Of a stretch of 64,000 bases of DNA, positions 14,262 through 27,870 are shown in pieces. Both the position numbers and the translations under genes were made by a program. This DNA comes from the human T2T-CHM13v2.0 reference genome, Homo sapiens. Numbering within the stretch: the stretch's first letter is position 1; every line of letters starts with the position of its first letter. The notes under the pieces are model-generated. The model was given only the letters and a program-made list of their open reading frames with translations. It ran no database searches and was not told where the DNA came from. The stretch lies in NCBI RefSeq assembly GCF_009914755.1, contig NC_060926.1; one strand, given 5' to 3'.

Positions 14262-14562
14262 AGGGGGAGATATTGGTCAAAGGGTACAAACTTGCAGTTC
14301 TAAGATGCATAGGTTCTGGATACCTAATGTACAGCATGGTGACTGTAGTTTAAATAATAATGTATTGTGTGCTTGAAATTTGCTAAGAGAATAAACCTCT
14401 AGTGTCTCACCATACACACATAAAGGTAACTATGTGAAGTGATGGATTTGTTCATTAGCTTGATTGTGGTAATCATTTCATAATGTGTACATACATCAAA
14501 ACATTATATTGTATACTTTAAATATATATTATTATGTGCCGATTATACCTCAATAAAGCTGG
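14262..14562 (+). mobile_element. L1MA/L1MB 3' end
   Basis: 'ggtcaaagggtacaaacttgcagtt...ctaatgtacagcatggtgact...cttgaaatttgctaagaga...tacctcaataaagctgg'. Confidence 0.85.
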
Positions 14563-17500
14563 TAGAAAATTAAAAACATTTAAAAACCCATCTTCAAAAA
14601 AGTAAAAATAAGCAAGTAAATAAATGATAAGAAATTATAATGTCTTTCACACTCCCCATAATGTCTCACAATTCCTAGTGACTATTCAGGTTAACAAGCA
14701 TTTATTGAGAATGTATCAGGTTTAGGGTCCCATACCAGGTGCCACTCACTACAGTGGACTAATGTGTGTATCAATAAGGGATATTTTCCTAAAGTAATTA
14801 TGCCAAATCTCAGCACCAAAGTGACGGTGCAATAATATAAATCTGGAGGTCATACAACAGGCTGATTATTTGGGGAGGGATATAGACTGCAAAGGCAAGT
14901 TCAATATTCAGCAAACAACACTCATTTTTCAACATTTATGAAATGCCTGCTCTAGGCATGCAGGATACTCTGCTAGGTCCAGACTCCTTAGCTGCAAAGG
15001 TGTCATTAGACTTGCTATAAAGATGTATTCTCTGTTTATTGATTTTTGTTTGGGGAGGTGATCTCATGATTATAAATTTTTATTAGTTACTAATAGCATT
15101 CTTGACACTAAACAAACACAGTGAGTTGCTAATCACAGAAAGGGTCATTTATTTTCTATTTTGGGTCACTTATTTTCTCTGTTGAGGGAAAGGAACATGA
15201 CAGCTCTCTGTTAATAATGCCAAATTCAAAAATCCTTTTTCTTCTTAAAATCTGAGTATTACGTCCCTTCTGACCACATCTCCCCTTTTAAAGTTATATT
15301 GACATCTCACCTCATATTTTGCAACACCTTGCTTAGCAACCAAAACATGCCACTTGCAGAAATGAAACCAAAAAGCTAAAGGAAAACTGAACAACCACAA
15401 CCAGCTTCTATGGGCAGAGGGGTAGATTCTGCTTGCAGAGTTGCAACATGCATTCTCCCTGGGCCCTCCTTCCCTACAGAACCTAGAAGCAGAACAATAT
15501 ATCTTTCCATGAATATATTATCAGGACTCACTTGACGATCTTGCTGTTGACAATATTGGTTGTACTTCACTTCACTCTCCTCCTGTGGTCCAAAACCAGA
15601 TTCAATACCCCTGGGCCCCTACCGAGGCTGTACAGCAGCTGAAGGGCCAACTGCCAATGGGTCTGGCACAGAGTCTTTCCAGCCTCGGCACCTGACTTAC
15701 CGGCTGCCTCCCTTTCAGTCTCATTGGTTGATGAGGCAGCTGTGATTCTGACAATGAGCTTGGTGTTGGGTCAAGTTTTCTGTTTGGCTGACATACTCCC
15801 TTAGATGCCATTTTCCTTGACTCACCCTTGATTACAGGGAATGTTCTCTATTACCTTTTAAAATAATATGATATCCATAAGCAAAGCTTTGGATTAGCAT
15901 TTTTGATAGCATTACCCATCACTGATTTTTTTTTCAATGCTGAAATGCATAAAGTAGGGCTAGAGCCAGCCTAAACCTAGTGCTTAGCCCAGTAGTGTAT
16001 TAATTATCTTTTGTAACTTCAGAATAAAATGCAGAATTTCCCTCCCTAGGAACCTGGAATGCAATGTTTGCCCATGTAAGCAGTTTATAAGTGCAAATGT
16101 GAGTAAGTGTTTTTATATATTAGAAAGGTTGAGAGAATCCTCTTTCCACAAAAAATAAAAAGCTTTAAAAGAATAAATATTCATGTTCTAATACAGGGAA
16201 TGTGAAATAAAAATAAGTTTAACTCTATTGATAAAAAGTACTTTTATTCAATAGTTAAAAGACAAATCACTTGCAAAATTTGCTTATATAGGAAAAAACT
16301 CTCAGTGTTGTAGCTTTCTTTATCATAGAACACCAGCCTCCCTCAAACACCAACTGTGATAATTAATGTCCATATTATGAACATTCTATGTGATACAATT
16401 TGTTTCTGCTTTGTTAAAAAAAAAAAGGCCAAACTGACTGCCAGCACTTGAGATTCTGAAAATAATACTACATATGTTGATAAAATAATTCACTGCTGTT
16501 ATTAATTTTCCAATTATATTTTGATATTTTAAAAAACTATTGTTATCATATACTTTTATAACATATCTAAATATTACAGATACATAAAACAGAATTGGAG
16601 ACTCCCACCCACAGAAACTCTCATATAAACAACCTGGTGAATAATTCTTCAGATTTCCTCTCCAAGTGTTCTAATATGTATATAACTTTTACCAAAATGA
16701 CACCATACTATACCTTCTGTTTGTGACTTCATTTTTTTTATGTCTAATAATTCTTGGACATCTTTTCCATTTGAAGCCGTCAAAACTGCCTCATTCTTGG
16801 AATCTCTATGGGCATCATAGTAGAAGGGATAAGATCGTGGGCTTTGGGACCAAATGGCTTAGCTGCATTTGAATCCTAGCCCCAGCATTAGTAATTCTGT
16901 GACTTTGACAAGTTACTTATCTGTGCTTTGCTTTCTAAACCCATAAATGTCAAATTAATAACATCTACTCAAAGTGGTTGCCGTGTCCATTAACTAGTTG
17001 CTTCTTGACATTTCGTAGGCATGAGACCACAATAGTACTGTTACCAAGGATATCTGATATCTTATTAACAATCTCACATTGATGGACATTTAGATTGACC
17101 ATGATTTTTTATTCTCACACATAATGCTCTAATGAACATTCTTCTAAGTACAGCTATACCAATTTTGTGAGTATCCCTAGAGGCTAAATTTTTGAAAGTG
17201 TCATGTTTTTAATCAAAGGTGATCTATATTTTTAAAATGATAAATATTGCAAGACTAACTATCTCCAAAATTGTAACTATTTATACTATGAATAAGAGTG
17301 ATGAGGGTAAATTTTGGATTATGAGAAATACTTTGTTAAACCTTTTGCCCACACATTAAAAATGCATAGTTTTTGTTTGTTTCTTTGTTTGTTTTTACAA
17401 AGGAGCAGAGTATTACTGGAACACAACATATCTTAAGTAACATTTGTATTATGTTATCCATAAAAATCCAAATTTTTTTCATAATTTCCCCCATTCTCAC

Positions 17501-20252
17501 AGTTCTGCAAGTCTTTGAGCCCTATTTCTCCAGAGAAAGAATTCATATCACCTTATCTTCATATAATCAGTTATTATTAAATGCAGAAAATAACATTCCA
17601 CTAGGCAGCTACTCATAAAGATCTACAAATGAGATGTGTAACAAATGTTTATGGAAATTAGTAAATCAAGATATGAAACAATTATGTCATGTTCTACAGG
17701 TATGGTAACGTTAGTCCTCAAACCCAGACTGAAAACATTCTCTGACAACTCTACCACATGTTCAGAATTGAGATTGTTCAAGACTGGTTTTCTGTAGTTA
17801 CACGAGAGCCCAAAGGGGTGAAACCACCCTGAGATGGATGAACCTCTGAGGTCTAGTAATATGTGGCGCATGTACAGTGTGAGAGAATATGTCCTCGAAT
17901 CACAGTGGAACTAAATGGCAAACATTTTACAACTTCTGGAAACACATTTCTTTCTGGTTCTTTGATGTAAAGCTAACTTGAGGCTTTGTCCCAGATAGTA
18001 ACATCCGATACAAAGAAGTAACATAGGAATAAGTTGATTTCTATTTATCAACATAGAATTTAAATAATTTTTTAATAATGAAGAGGCTTTACATCAGGTT
18101 AATAGAAAGGCAAAGATAAATGTTTACACAGGAGAAGTGGTGCATAGCTACATCTGTTCTCCCCACACACAGCAGCAAATATTGTGTTCTTTATGAAGTT
18201 TTATTTGCTTTTCATGCTTACTGTTGTTTACATGTTCTAAAATCTCTGCACGATGGAGTTTTCAAATGAAATAAAGATATCTAAATACTATAATTGGGAA
18301 TTTTCTTAGAATTATTTTACCCTTTCTAAAAATAGGTTAATATTTGGCATTAACATTTTTCAACTTAAAATACAAAATTGTTCTAAAACTGGGAGTTGAG
18401 GGTTAAATAGAAAATTAATGCGTATTTGCATTTTTAAAAAGATTTCCAGAAACAGTATTTGTTTTATCTAGTTTTATATTTAACACCTTTTGAGCATGAA
18501 TCAATTCTCTACTTCTCTCTTTACTTGATCTTTTAAACTAAGATTTTTCTGTAATAACATAAGCCTAATTCTTTGGAAATAATATTCAGTTAGCATAATT
18601 GACATTATAGAGTTTTAAAGTACATTATAGAATATTCTGTCACTAGACACTAAATTGAAATTTTAAAGAAAATGATGGAAATTGCTGTAAGGGAAAAAAA
18701 GTAGCCTTTTAAATCTAATTTGTTATGCACTGCAGTAGGGTAATGGATGCAATGAAAGTTCTTTTATAGAGTTCCCATGTCCAAAAGGTATTTAGGTAGC
18801 AAAGGATGTTAAGCAGACCCCTGCTATCCCCCTTTAACTGAAGATAGCAGGAAACAAGGTATATAGGTCTGTGTCCTCCTGATTTTTATTTCCTCAGGAG
18901 TACAACTTCTGCAAAGGACACCTTAGGCTGCTTAGCGATCACAAAGGGTACACTAGAACCCCTCGCTGTCTGCTTGAATAGCACGATCTGAAGGGTGGCT
19001 GAAGCCATACAGGGAGTTAAATCCTTCAGGTGGGTCTTTTCAAATTCCAATAGTGAGGAGTTACTGGAGAATTGGTAAGGATTTCACTAGGCCCCAGCAG
19101 GTTTGAGATCAAAAGCTTCAGTTAAATAAAAGCCTATTGGGAAATCTTAAAACCTCTTTGTAATGTAACTTTAAAAAGTTAATACAAAGAAACCTTAGAC
19201 TGAAGCCAGTAACAGCATGAACAAAGAGTATATCAAAACTGATTCCATTAAGAGAAAGCGGACATACAAATTCACTTACTTTAAAGAGCAATCCAGTTAT
19301 ATTACTGTGCGAGAGAATAGAACTTACACCATACCATCCAGCCCATTTAGATGTGCTCATTTCTTGCTACATATGCCAGACTGTATTCTTTGTCATTCTG
19401 ATATGCTTTTTAAACAACATATATATTCATTTTCTGAAAGAAGAAAGAGTGATGTGCATCTAAACTCACTCCTAAAGAAGATCCTTTTAAAACAAATTAA
19501 AATTAAACTTGATGGAGACCCATCAGTCAGCTGGTTATCTCTTTCTCATGGTGTCAAACTGCTAATTGCCCATCCTCCTTAAAATAATAGACCTTCAATT
19601 GATATTGATTGGTAGATCATTAATGAGTGCATTAATTATAATGTAATTTTTATAATGAATACTAATCCATTCCTTGGCAAGTCACACCCTTTTATTAACT
19701 GAAGTCATTCATTAATGGTTTAGTGGGGGAAAAATGAACTTTATTTGGTTCTGAGGTCTGAATTTTGCATTGGTTTTGAATTTTTCAGAACACTTGTACT
19801 GAAATGTCTCATGTACTCAATGTCTCTTACACTTTCACATTAGGCGTGTGAGACGGGTAGCTCACATCTCCTTTTTTCAACAAATAGGGATACTGGAACA
19901 CACTTAGGACATATAATGTGATCCAGATTGCACAGTCATTTAACGAAAGCTTGGACTACATAGACCCTCTACAGCTTGATTTAAGCCTAGAGACTTTTCA
20001 ACTGGACAATGTCTCACTGGTCTCACAGATTGCAGAATGTAATTCGAGCTAAGTTGCACATAGCCGTATTCATCCCAAAGAACTCTTTTTCCAAGTAGTC
20101 ATTACTAACAACGAATGTCCTGACATTTTCATAGTGATAGATGAAGAAACGGAGGCACTTGTACTCACATTCAAAATTTCAGCTCCTTTCTCTCTTCTGT
20201 TCTTCAGTTGTCTTGTCTTTTACTTCTCTTCTTCCACCTAATTTTCTTTCCT

Positions 20253-20380
20253 TTGTTTTTTTTTTTTTTTTTTTTGTTTAATAGAGACATGGTCTGGCTA
20301 TGTTGCCCAGGCTGGTCTCAAACTCCTGGCCTCAAGTGATCCTCCCATCTCAGCCTCTCAAAGTGCTGGGATTACAGTCA
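20253..20380 (-). mobile_element. FLAM/AluJ left monomer
   Basis: Poly(T) then 'gagacatggtctggctatgttgcccaggctggtctcaaactcctggcctcaagtgatcc...gggattacag'. Confidence 0.85.
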
Positions 20381-20566
20381 TACCTCTTTTCTTCACTCAG
20401 TGTGTCATCTGATTGATGACAGGAAAATGAGAACAGGAGAGTGGGAGTTCTACCATTCTCCGTGCATAAGATATGAAAACCTTTACAAAAGGGGCAAGTA
20501 CTTCCTGAATAAACTATTCCAATAATTTTTTTTCCAAGTACCATCATCACTTCAAAAATATGAACA

Positions 20567-20872
<306 letters not shown>

Positions 20873-20915
20873 AAAAATACGAACAAAGATACCAACTAAC
20901 TGGCTCCACTGAAAG

Positions 20916-21672
20916 TGTTGCAGTAGGTAGTCAGGCAGAAATGAGCAGAGCAGGAGACGCTGCTGCCCTCCCAGGAATGTCAGGTGACGGCCACGCAGTT
21001 GTTAAGCTGTCTCACTAAAATAATAATTGGTTGCAGCTGGTGCCAGGGAAGGTCCTCTCCTATCAGACAGAAACACCTGAAACTGGTGATGAGCAGCTTC
21101 CCGATAAGATCTCAGGAGTTGGACGAGTGGGCTTAAGCATGCACACTAAGAGGCAAAATGGCAGAGTTTAACTGGTATATGACCTTCCTCTAGGAACACC
21201 AGACTGGTAAGGGAAAAATGCCTCAAGTCACTAAGAGGCAAAATGGCAGAGTTTAAACACTCAACTGGTAAGGGAAAAACACCTCAAGTGAGCATGCGCA
21301 CAACTCTAGTAAACACACTGCAAACGCAGCCCCTCCCAAGTGCTGGCAGGCCACTGTGCATGCAGACAGCCCACCCCAAGGGAAGAATCAGGGGAGAAGG
21401 GACGCACCCCCCGAAGCATGCCAATGTATAAAACCCCAAGTCAGAGGTCAAACCACACACTTGACCGTCTCAAGTCGCCCGTTTGGCCCTCTTCTAAGTG
21501 TACTTTACTTCCTATTATTCCTGCTCAAAAAATTTTTTAACAAACTTACACTCCTGCCCTAAAACTTGCCTTGGTCTCTCACTCTGCCTTATGCCCCTCG
21601 GTCAAACTTCTTCTGAGGAAGAGGCAATAACTCAGACTGCCGCAGACCTGTACAGATTCGCTGCTGCTAACA
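20916..21672 (+). mobile_element. MER50 (ERV1) solo LTR
   Basis: TG...CA termini; start 'tgttgcagtaggtagtcaggcagaaatgagcag' and 'cccgataagatctcaggagttgg' match MER50 as recalled; internal 'tataaaa'. Confidence 0.8.
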
Positions 21673-22931
21673 AAACAAATAGATGCAATACGTTTGCGAC
21701 AATTCTGCTTCTGCACATAGTCTCTGGTAAAACACCCTTTAGTGGTGTGCACTCCACCCTGTAGGGGTGTGCCGTCAAACGTTGGGAATTAGCTTTTATT
21801 GGTGTCTGCTCTGATGAAATGTTGACTTGGATAGTTGCTCTTTCATCCAATTTGCTGTCTGTGGTAAGTAAAAAAACGTCAAAGCAGTAATAAAAGGTGC
21901 ATGTGGTTACTAAATCTTTGCTTCCCGGATATGCATGTACGAGTATGCATTCTGTAAGTGTATTTACACATATATTCTATATGAATTACATATGTGTTCC
22001 TACAAATATAGTTAACCTACGAGTGTTATTATAATATAAACATTTTACTCTTAACACTGACTGAGTGCTCAGGGGGAACTATGTGACTAGCTTATCTTGG
22101 ATACTTTATAAACACACAAAGAACTTATTATGCCTGAAGTTATTACTTACTTGTTTAGTGTGCTTCGAATTTTTAAATCCATTCCAATGTACCACTGCAT
22201 ATTCTAGTATTTGAATGTGAGTCTTAAATTCCAAAAGTTCGAAAAGCACTACTCCAGCAATGACTATCTTGATTGAATGCCAAGGTATTTTTTTGAATAC
22301 TTGGCACACCATCAGCTAGACTCTGGGCCTTATGGAGATGATATTAAAAGTATATGCCATAAAATCAGTTTCAAGATATTTGTAATTTTGTAGTGGATGG
22401 AATACCTGCAAAAATGACACACATATTCATGAATTGTTTCATAATTTTAAATTGATCACTCTCTTCTGTGACCCCCACCTTATCTTGCATCTACTCTAAC
22501 AGAGCATCTGTAAACCTTATTTCATGTGAAATTCACGTCTTCTTCATTTGAGTCAGAGATTGTCTCATTTATCTGTTTCTTTAGTGACAACCACAGTGCT
22601 AAACACATGATAGGTGCTTAATAAATGCTAACTGATCTAAGAAATAAAAAATAGATGAGCCACTGGAGGACAAAATGAAACAGATGATTACATGTTGAAT
22701 TTTTTTCAGTGTCCAAAAAAGACAAAAATTAATATCTAGAATTTTTTCAAAGTGAAAATAGCTATTTTCTGACTAATAAATAATACATGCTTGCTGCAAA
22801 ATATTCAAATATCTCACAATAATTTCTCTGTTAGAGAAAACCAGTTTTAATGATTTGGTGTAGGTGTATGCTCTCAGTAGTTCGCCCATGATTACATAGG
22901 GTTGTCATTTTTTTAAACAAGGTTGGAGCCA

Positions 22932-22933
<2 letters not shown>

Positions 22934-22977
<44 letters not shown>
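22934..22977. repeat. (GT)22 microsatellite
   Basis: Uninterrupted GT dinucleotide run. Confidence 0.98.
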
Positions 22978-22979
<2 letters not shown>

Positions 22980-24217
22980 TTAATACTAACTAAAAATTAA
23001 TAATAGATTGCTGATACCACTCTTTGGCACAAATGTTTCTCATTAACTGGTTATTGTAGCCTTTATTTTGTATAATTCATAATGTATTTAAATCTATTGA
23101 CAGATATTTAGATTGCATAAATTTTTTATTCTTATAAACAGTGATTTCATAAACATCTTTTAACATCTTTGCAAGTTCAGATTTATTTTCTTGGCATAAA
23201 TTCCTAGACATGAAATGGACTTACAGTGTTGAAGTAGTTTGTCAAATTGCTCTCCAAGACAGTTGTGCCAATTTACACTCCCACCAACTGTGCATGAGCC
23301 ATTTTCCTTATAATCTAAACGGAGTATAATTCTTTTTAAAAATATTTGTTAATCTAATAAAAAGGTAGTTTTTTCATTATTGTTTTAAATCCTAGTGTAC
23401 TTGGGAACTTTCAAATAAATCAATTCTTGATAAATCACACCTGGCCCACCCAGGGACCATGTCCGGTACCAAACTGACTTCCTTCTGCCAGCCAGCTCCT
23501 GACTGAGTTGTCTCTACACCAGCAGAGCTATGAATCAATGAAACAGTACACTCGTAATATTAGGTTAAAAACACTCAGCAGAGATTTAATACATGTATTA
23601 AATCTCAAAATAAAAAGTGTTTGATTATTGACTGTTGTAAATACTTTTCATCACTGGTGGCCTCTATAAATGTGGACAAATTGAGTAAATAATAAAATAT
23701 TTCACAAATTATATAACCCTGTTGTAATACCTATTCTTCAAATCATCACAGAAGACAATCTACCTCTCATTTTTTCAAGCTTCTAGTAGAATTGTCAAAA
23801 ATTCTACCCCAAAGCCTAGAATTCAATAAGCTGCCAACATAATGTGAGGATGTGAGAAAGAATCTATAAAGCAAGACAGGTGTGTCTGTGTAGCACTGGT
23901 GACATTAATACATACCATGTGATATTTCCACAGTCCCAGTATGTCAAAACTTGCATTGGAAAAAGAAAGGACAGCTTTATACTTCAACACTTTACAATCC
24001 TAACCCAAAGTGTAAACACTGGTCAATATTCTTACCCATGAATGATGGTAGGATCTTTACTGGAAGGTCATAGAGACTGCACATAGGTCTTTGTGGACCT
24101 GGTCAGCATTTCCACAAAACCTGCCAGTAGTATGAAACCTTCCATATTTTGAAGGCTCAAATGTGATGATGCCTACCCCCCTGCACTATTTTACTCGTCA
24201 CTACAAAAGAAGCTGCG

Positions 24218-24527
24218 CAGTTGGCCCTCCACACCTGCGGGTTCCACATCTGTGAACTCAACCAGCCAAGGATAGAAAATACTCAGTAAATAAATAAGTA
24301 AATAAAAATAATACAACAATAAAAATACAAATTTTAAAAACCAACACAGTGTAACAACTATATCCATAGCATTTACATTGTATTAGGTATTATCAGTAAT
24401 CTAGAGATGTGCACAGGTTATATGCAAATACTACCGCATTTTATTATACAAAGGGACTTGACCATCAGTGGATTTTGGTATCTGCATGGGTTCTGGAATC
24501 AATCCCCTTGATACCGAGGGACAACTG
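24218..24527 (-). mobile_element. MER2 (TcMar-Tigger non-autonomous DNA transposon)
   Basis: Terminal inverted repeats cagttggccctc / gagggacaactg; internal 'tttacattgtattaggtattatcagtaatctagagatg'. Confidence 0.88.
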
Positions 24528-24531
24528 AAGG

Positions 24532-25125
24532 TGTGTTAGTTGTCCCAAATAAACCCAAAGTTTAGTGGCTTAAAACCACAAACATGTATTACTCCACAGA
24601 CTCTGTGGATTTGGAATCCGGGCACAACTTAGCAGGGTCCTCTGCTTTAGAATCCGGGCATAGCTTAGCAGGGTCCTCTGCTTTAGGGTCTCCTACAAGG
24701 CTGCAATTCAGATATCAGCTGGTGGCACAGTCACATCAAAGTTCAACTGAGACAGGATCCCCTTCCAAGCTTACTCAGTGGTAGCTGAGCAGGATTCTGT
24801 TCCTCATAGGTGACTGGAAAGAGGGTCTCAGTTCCTCGCTGGCTGTTGGCCAGGGGCTTCCCTCAGATTCTTGCCATGTGGGGCTTTCTAACATGGAAAT
24901 GCACTTTATCAAAGCCAGCAAGAGAGAAAGGGACTCTGCTAGCAAGACTGAAGTCACAGTCTTTTATAACCTAATTTTGGAAGTGGCATCCAATAAATCT
25001 GGCCATATTCTATGCAGTAGAAAGAAGTCACTAGGACTAGTCCTCATTCAAAGGGAGGGGATTCCATAAGATCAGGAATACCAGAAGACAGAAAACATTG
25101 GGGCCATTTTAGAAGTCTATCACAG
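24532..25125 (-). mobile_element. MLT1 (E/F-like) MaLR LTR with internal 36-bp tandem duplication
   Basis: 'tttagtggcttaaaaccacaaacatgtattactccacag...'; unit gaatccgggca(caa/tag)cttagcagggtcctctgcttta at 24614-24649 and 24650-24685. Confidence 0.8.
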
Positions 25126-26645
25126 CAATAACTGCTCAGTTCATAAAGGAGTAAAGGACACTAGAAAAGTAGGAAGGATGCCAAGAGACATGATGAGTGA
25201 GGAAGTCCTGGGGAAAAGGTTCATAATACTCTGGTGATATAGACAATCAGCAAACATGGTTGAATCTGGTATTAGTCTCCTTGGGAAAGTGTGTGAAGTC
25301 TCAGGTCAAGGTCGTAAAATCATGTATTACTAGGTGATGATGGCAAAACCTGAGACCAAGACAATAACAAATAATAAATATCTTCAAACGAGGGAAATAA
25401 TTTCATAGCCGAAGTGAAAATAGATCACAATTCTTATTTCCTCAAAATGCTGTGTCCATGAACCTTGACAATGTGAAATTAATGACATTCCAAAGACTGA
25501 TTTTATATTTACCACATGTAAACATGTCCACATGCCATTATTTGTCATTTGTCAAGCTTAAATTTTGAGTTTTGTTGAGACCACAAACCTGGTGATAATC
25601 TAATGTTTGTCCTTACTTTCCACCTATCTCTCACTATGATAAGATAGTTGGTTCAAACCAGATGTATATTTGGGATCATCAAACAAAACACGGAAAAGAT
25701 AGCTTAGTGATCCATACAGAGGGGCTCACACAATATTTTTATTAGCATGGCTGTTCTAACAAGTTCAGCTAATCAGCTGAGTGTATGCATGTATGGGTTA
25801 TATACATGATTTTATGATAACAAAAATGAACAGAGATATAGAAGATACATTGTCTTGACAGGTTTTGCTTGGTTTTAGTGCAAAAACTTACTAATTAATG
25901 CAAGTGTTGCAATCATTTTTATGACATTCCCCAAAGATGGCACTTTAAGGGTTATGCCATATGCTGATTGACAGCAGCCATAATTCCATACAATGAGACT
26001 GTATCATATTGTTTGAAGTGAGGTGATATTCATCTCTTGAAACTGATCAAACATACGATTGCATCAAACAGTATTACAATATAATCATGCTGTATGTGGG
26101 GACTGCCAAGGTTGATCAGCATGTTGTACTCTTTTCCCTTGGACTTCTCTAATCGCAGTTGTGACACACCATTGCATTCACATTTTCCTTTAAGAGCTGC
26201 AGAATCTAAGACAGAGAAAAAAATCTGCATAAAATTGTGGTTTGGTTATGCTATGTGAGTGTACATTTGTAGACTGCTTTAGAATTACACATTTGCTCCC
26301 ACTAAGATCTCCCTAAGTACACAAATAAAAACCAAGAAAGACCAAGATAAAAATATAAGATTCCAAACAGGGCAGAAAATAATTCCAATGCCCTTTATTT
26401 TTCTTCAATAAAAAGCAAACTTGGAAGACACATCTTCTTTTAAACACTTGTCAGTTTCTGAAGCTCCCAACGATTTTTTTTTTTTCTCATGTGCCGTTTG
26501 GCAAAGCCACTTGCTTATTGACTGACCTTGGGACTATTCCAGCTGCAGAACGATAAAGGATATAAGAACCTATTCTTTTCCCACCCTTCATTGCTGCTAT
26601 CTTGGAAAGCAGTATGAAGATGGGCACGAGAGAATGAGGGTCGTT

Positions 26646-26690
26646 TGGCTTTCCACTAGGTGGCTTTCCACTAGGTGGCTTTCCCAGGTG
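26646..26690 (+). repeat. 15-bp tandem repeat (TGGCTTTCCACTAGG) x~3 carrying two CTCF-like cores
   Basis: CCACTAGGTGGC at 26653-26664 and 26668-26679. Confidence 0.85.
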
Positions 26691-26756
26691 AAGTCCTGAA
26701 ACATAGTTGCTTTTAAATTGATGTACTTTAGGGATTTCCCTTTTATTATTCATTTG

Positions 26757-26809
26757 TCCACCCATCCGTCCATCCATCCATCCGTTCATCCATCCATCCA
26801 TCCATCCAT
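26757..26809. repeat. (CCAT)n microsatellite
   Basis: Imperfect CCAT tetranucleotide run. Confidence 0.9.
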
Positions 26810-27704
26810 GCGTCTCATAACTTATAAAAGAGCCATTGGGTTATTTTTAGAACTCTGTTGAAGGTAGCTTATGGAGGAACAAGGGGACAAGTCATCATCT
26901 CTTCACGCTGACATAAACAGAGATATAGTGCCCATTCTGGTCCCCCAGTGTCAATTCAAGCAAGTCTCCGAGATGCTACCATCCTATCTAAACCCACCCT
27001 AACCCTAACCTTACTATACCCACTATGAGGCCTCTTAGGCCAAATCCCGCTCAGCATTTTTGGCCTACAGAAGCTATGTGACTTGTTCGGAGACCCATTG
27101 GGATGTCGAGAATGCAGAAGCGTTCTCAGACTGGTTACCTGAACACCCCACATAATCACCTCTCTCCTACTGCTCCTTTGCTATGGCGAGCATGGAGGAA
27201 TTGGAACTGGTGAGGCTGAAGGCCTCCTTGGCCTCCGAAGATATAAGACCACAGAGTTTTTTGCCGCCAGATTCTCCTGCCCTATGGGCATTTCTCCCAA
27301 CTTGGGTGAGAGGGTCAGGGCACAAAGTCCCTTCACGGAGATGCCACCAACATCAAAGCTCTGTTCTCTGTGCTTTCCTTCTTTTGTCCATGAAATTAAT
27401 GTCATGTCTTGAGATCTTTAGGGCCTTCCCGTGTAATACACAAATGCCAAGGGGCTTGAAATTCAAAAAGCTGAGAACTGACTCTTTTTTCCTCTTTCTG
27501 CTGTAGCATCCATTTTTTACACAAGTAAAGAAGAAAGCCTTAGCTACTGCCCAAAGGTGAATAAAGGTCATCACTTATCCTCTCTCTTGTTTCTTTGTCT
27601 TCTAGTTCATTAATTTTGTTGTTTGGCATTTTAATTTCCTTTTCTTAGAGTTTATAATTTTTTCCCTAACATATTGACTAGAACAGTTAATTCACTACTT
27701 TGCT

Positions 27705-27870
27705 TCCTTCCTTTCTTTCTTTGAGACAGGACCTCATTATGTTGTTTAGGCTGGAGTGCAGTGGCTATTCACAGGTGTGATTATAGTGCACTACTGCCTG
27801 GAACTCCCGCCCAGGCTCAAGCAATCCTCCTCAGCCTTTCTAGTGAGTGGGACATGCCACCTCATCTAGC
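27705..27870 (-). mobile_element. FAM (free Alu monomer)
   Basis: 'ggagtgcagtggctattcacaggtgtgattatagtgcactac' is the FAM/7SL-like pattern. Confidence 0.8.

Noticed and set aside
21732-21770. Imperfect hairpin around gtggtgtgcactccac
   Set aside because: Short and mismatched; insufficient for a miRNA or MITE call.
24614-24685. 36-bp direct repeat (CRISPR-like unit length)
   Set aside because: Two abutting copies with no spacer inside an MLT1 LTR in eukaryotic DNA; a simple tandem duplication.
26996-27010. accctaaccctaacc telomere-like motif
   Set aside because: Only ~2.5 units; too short to call an interstitial telomere.
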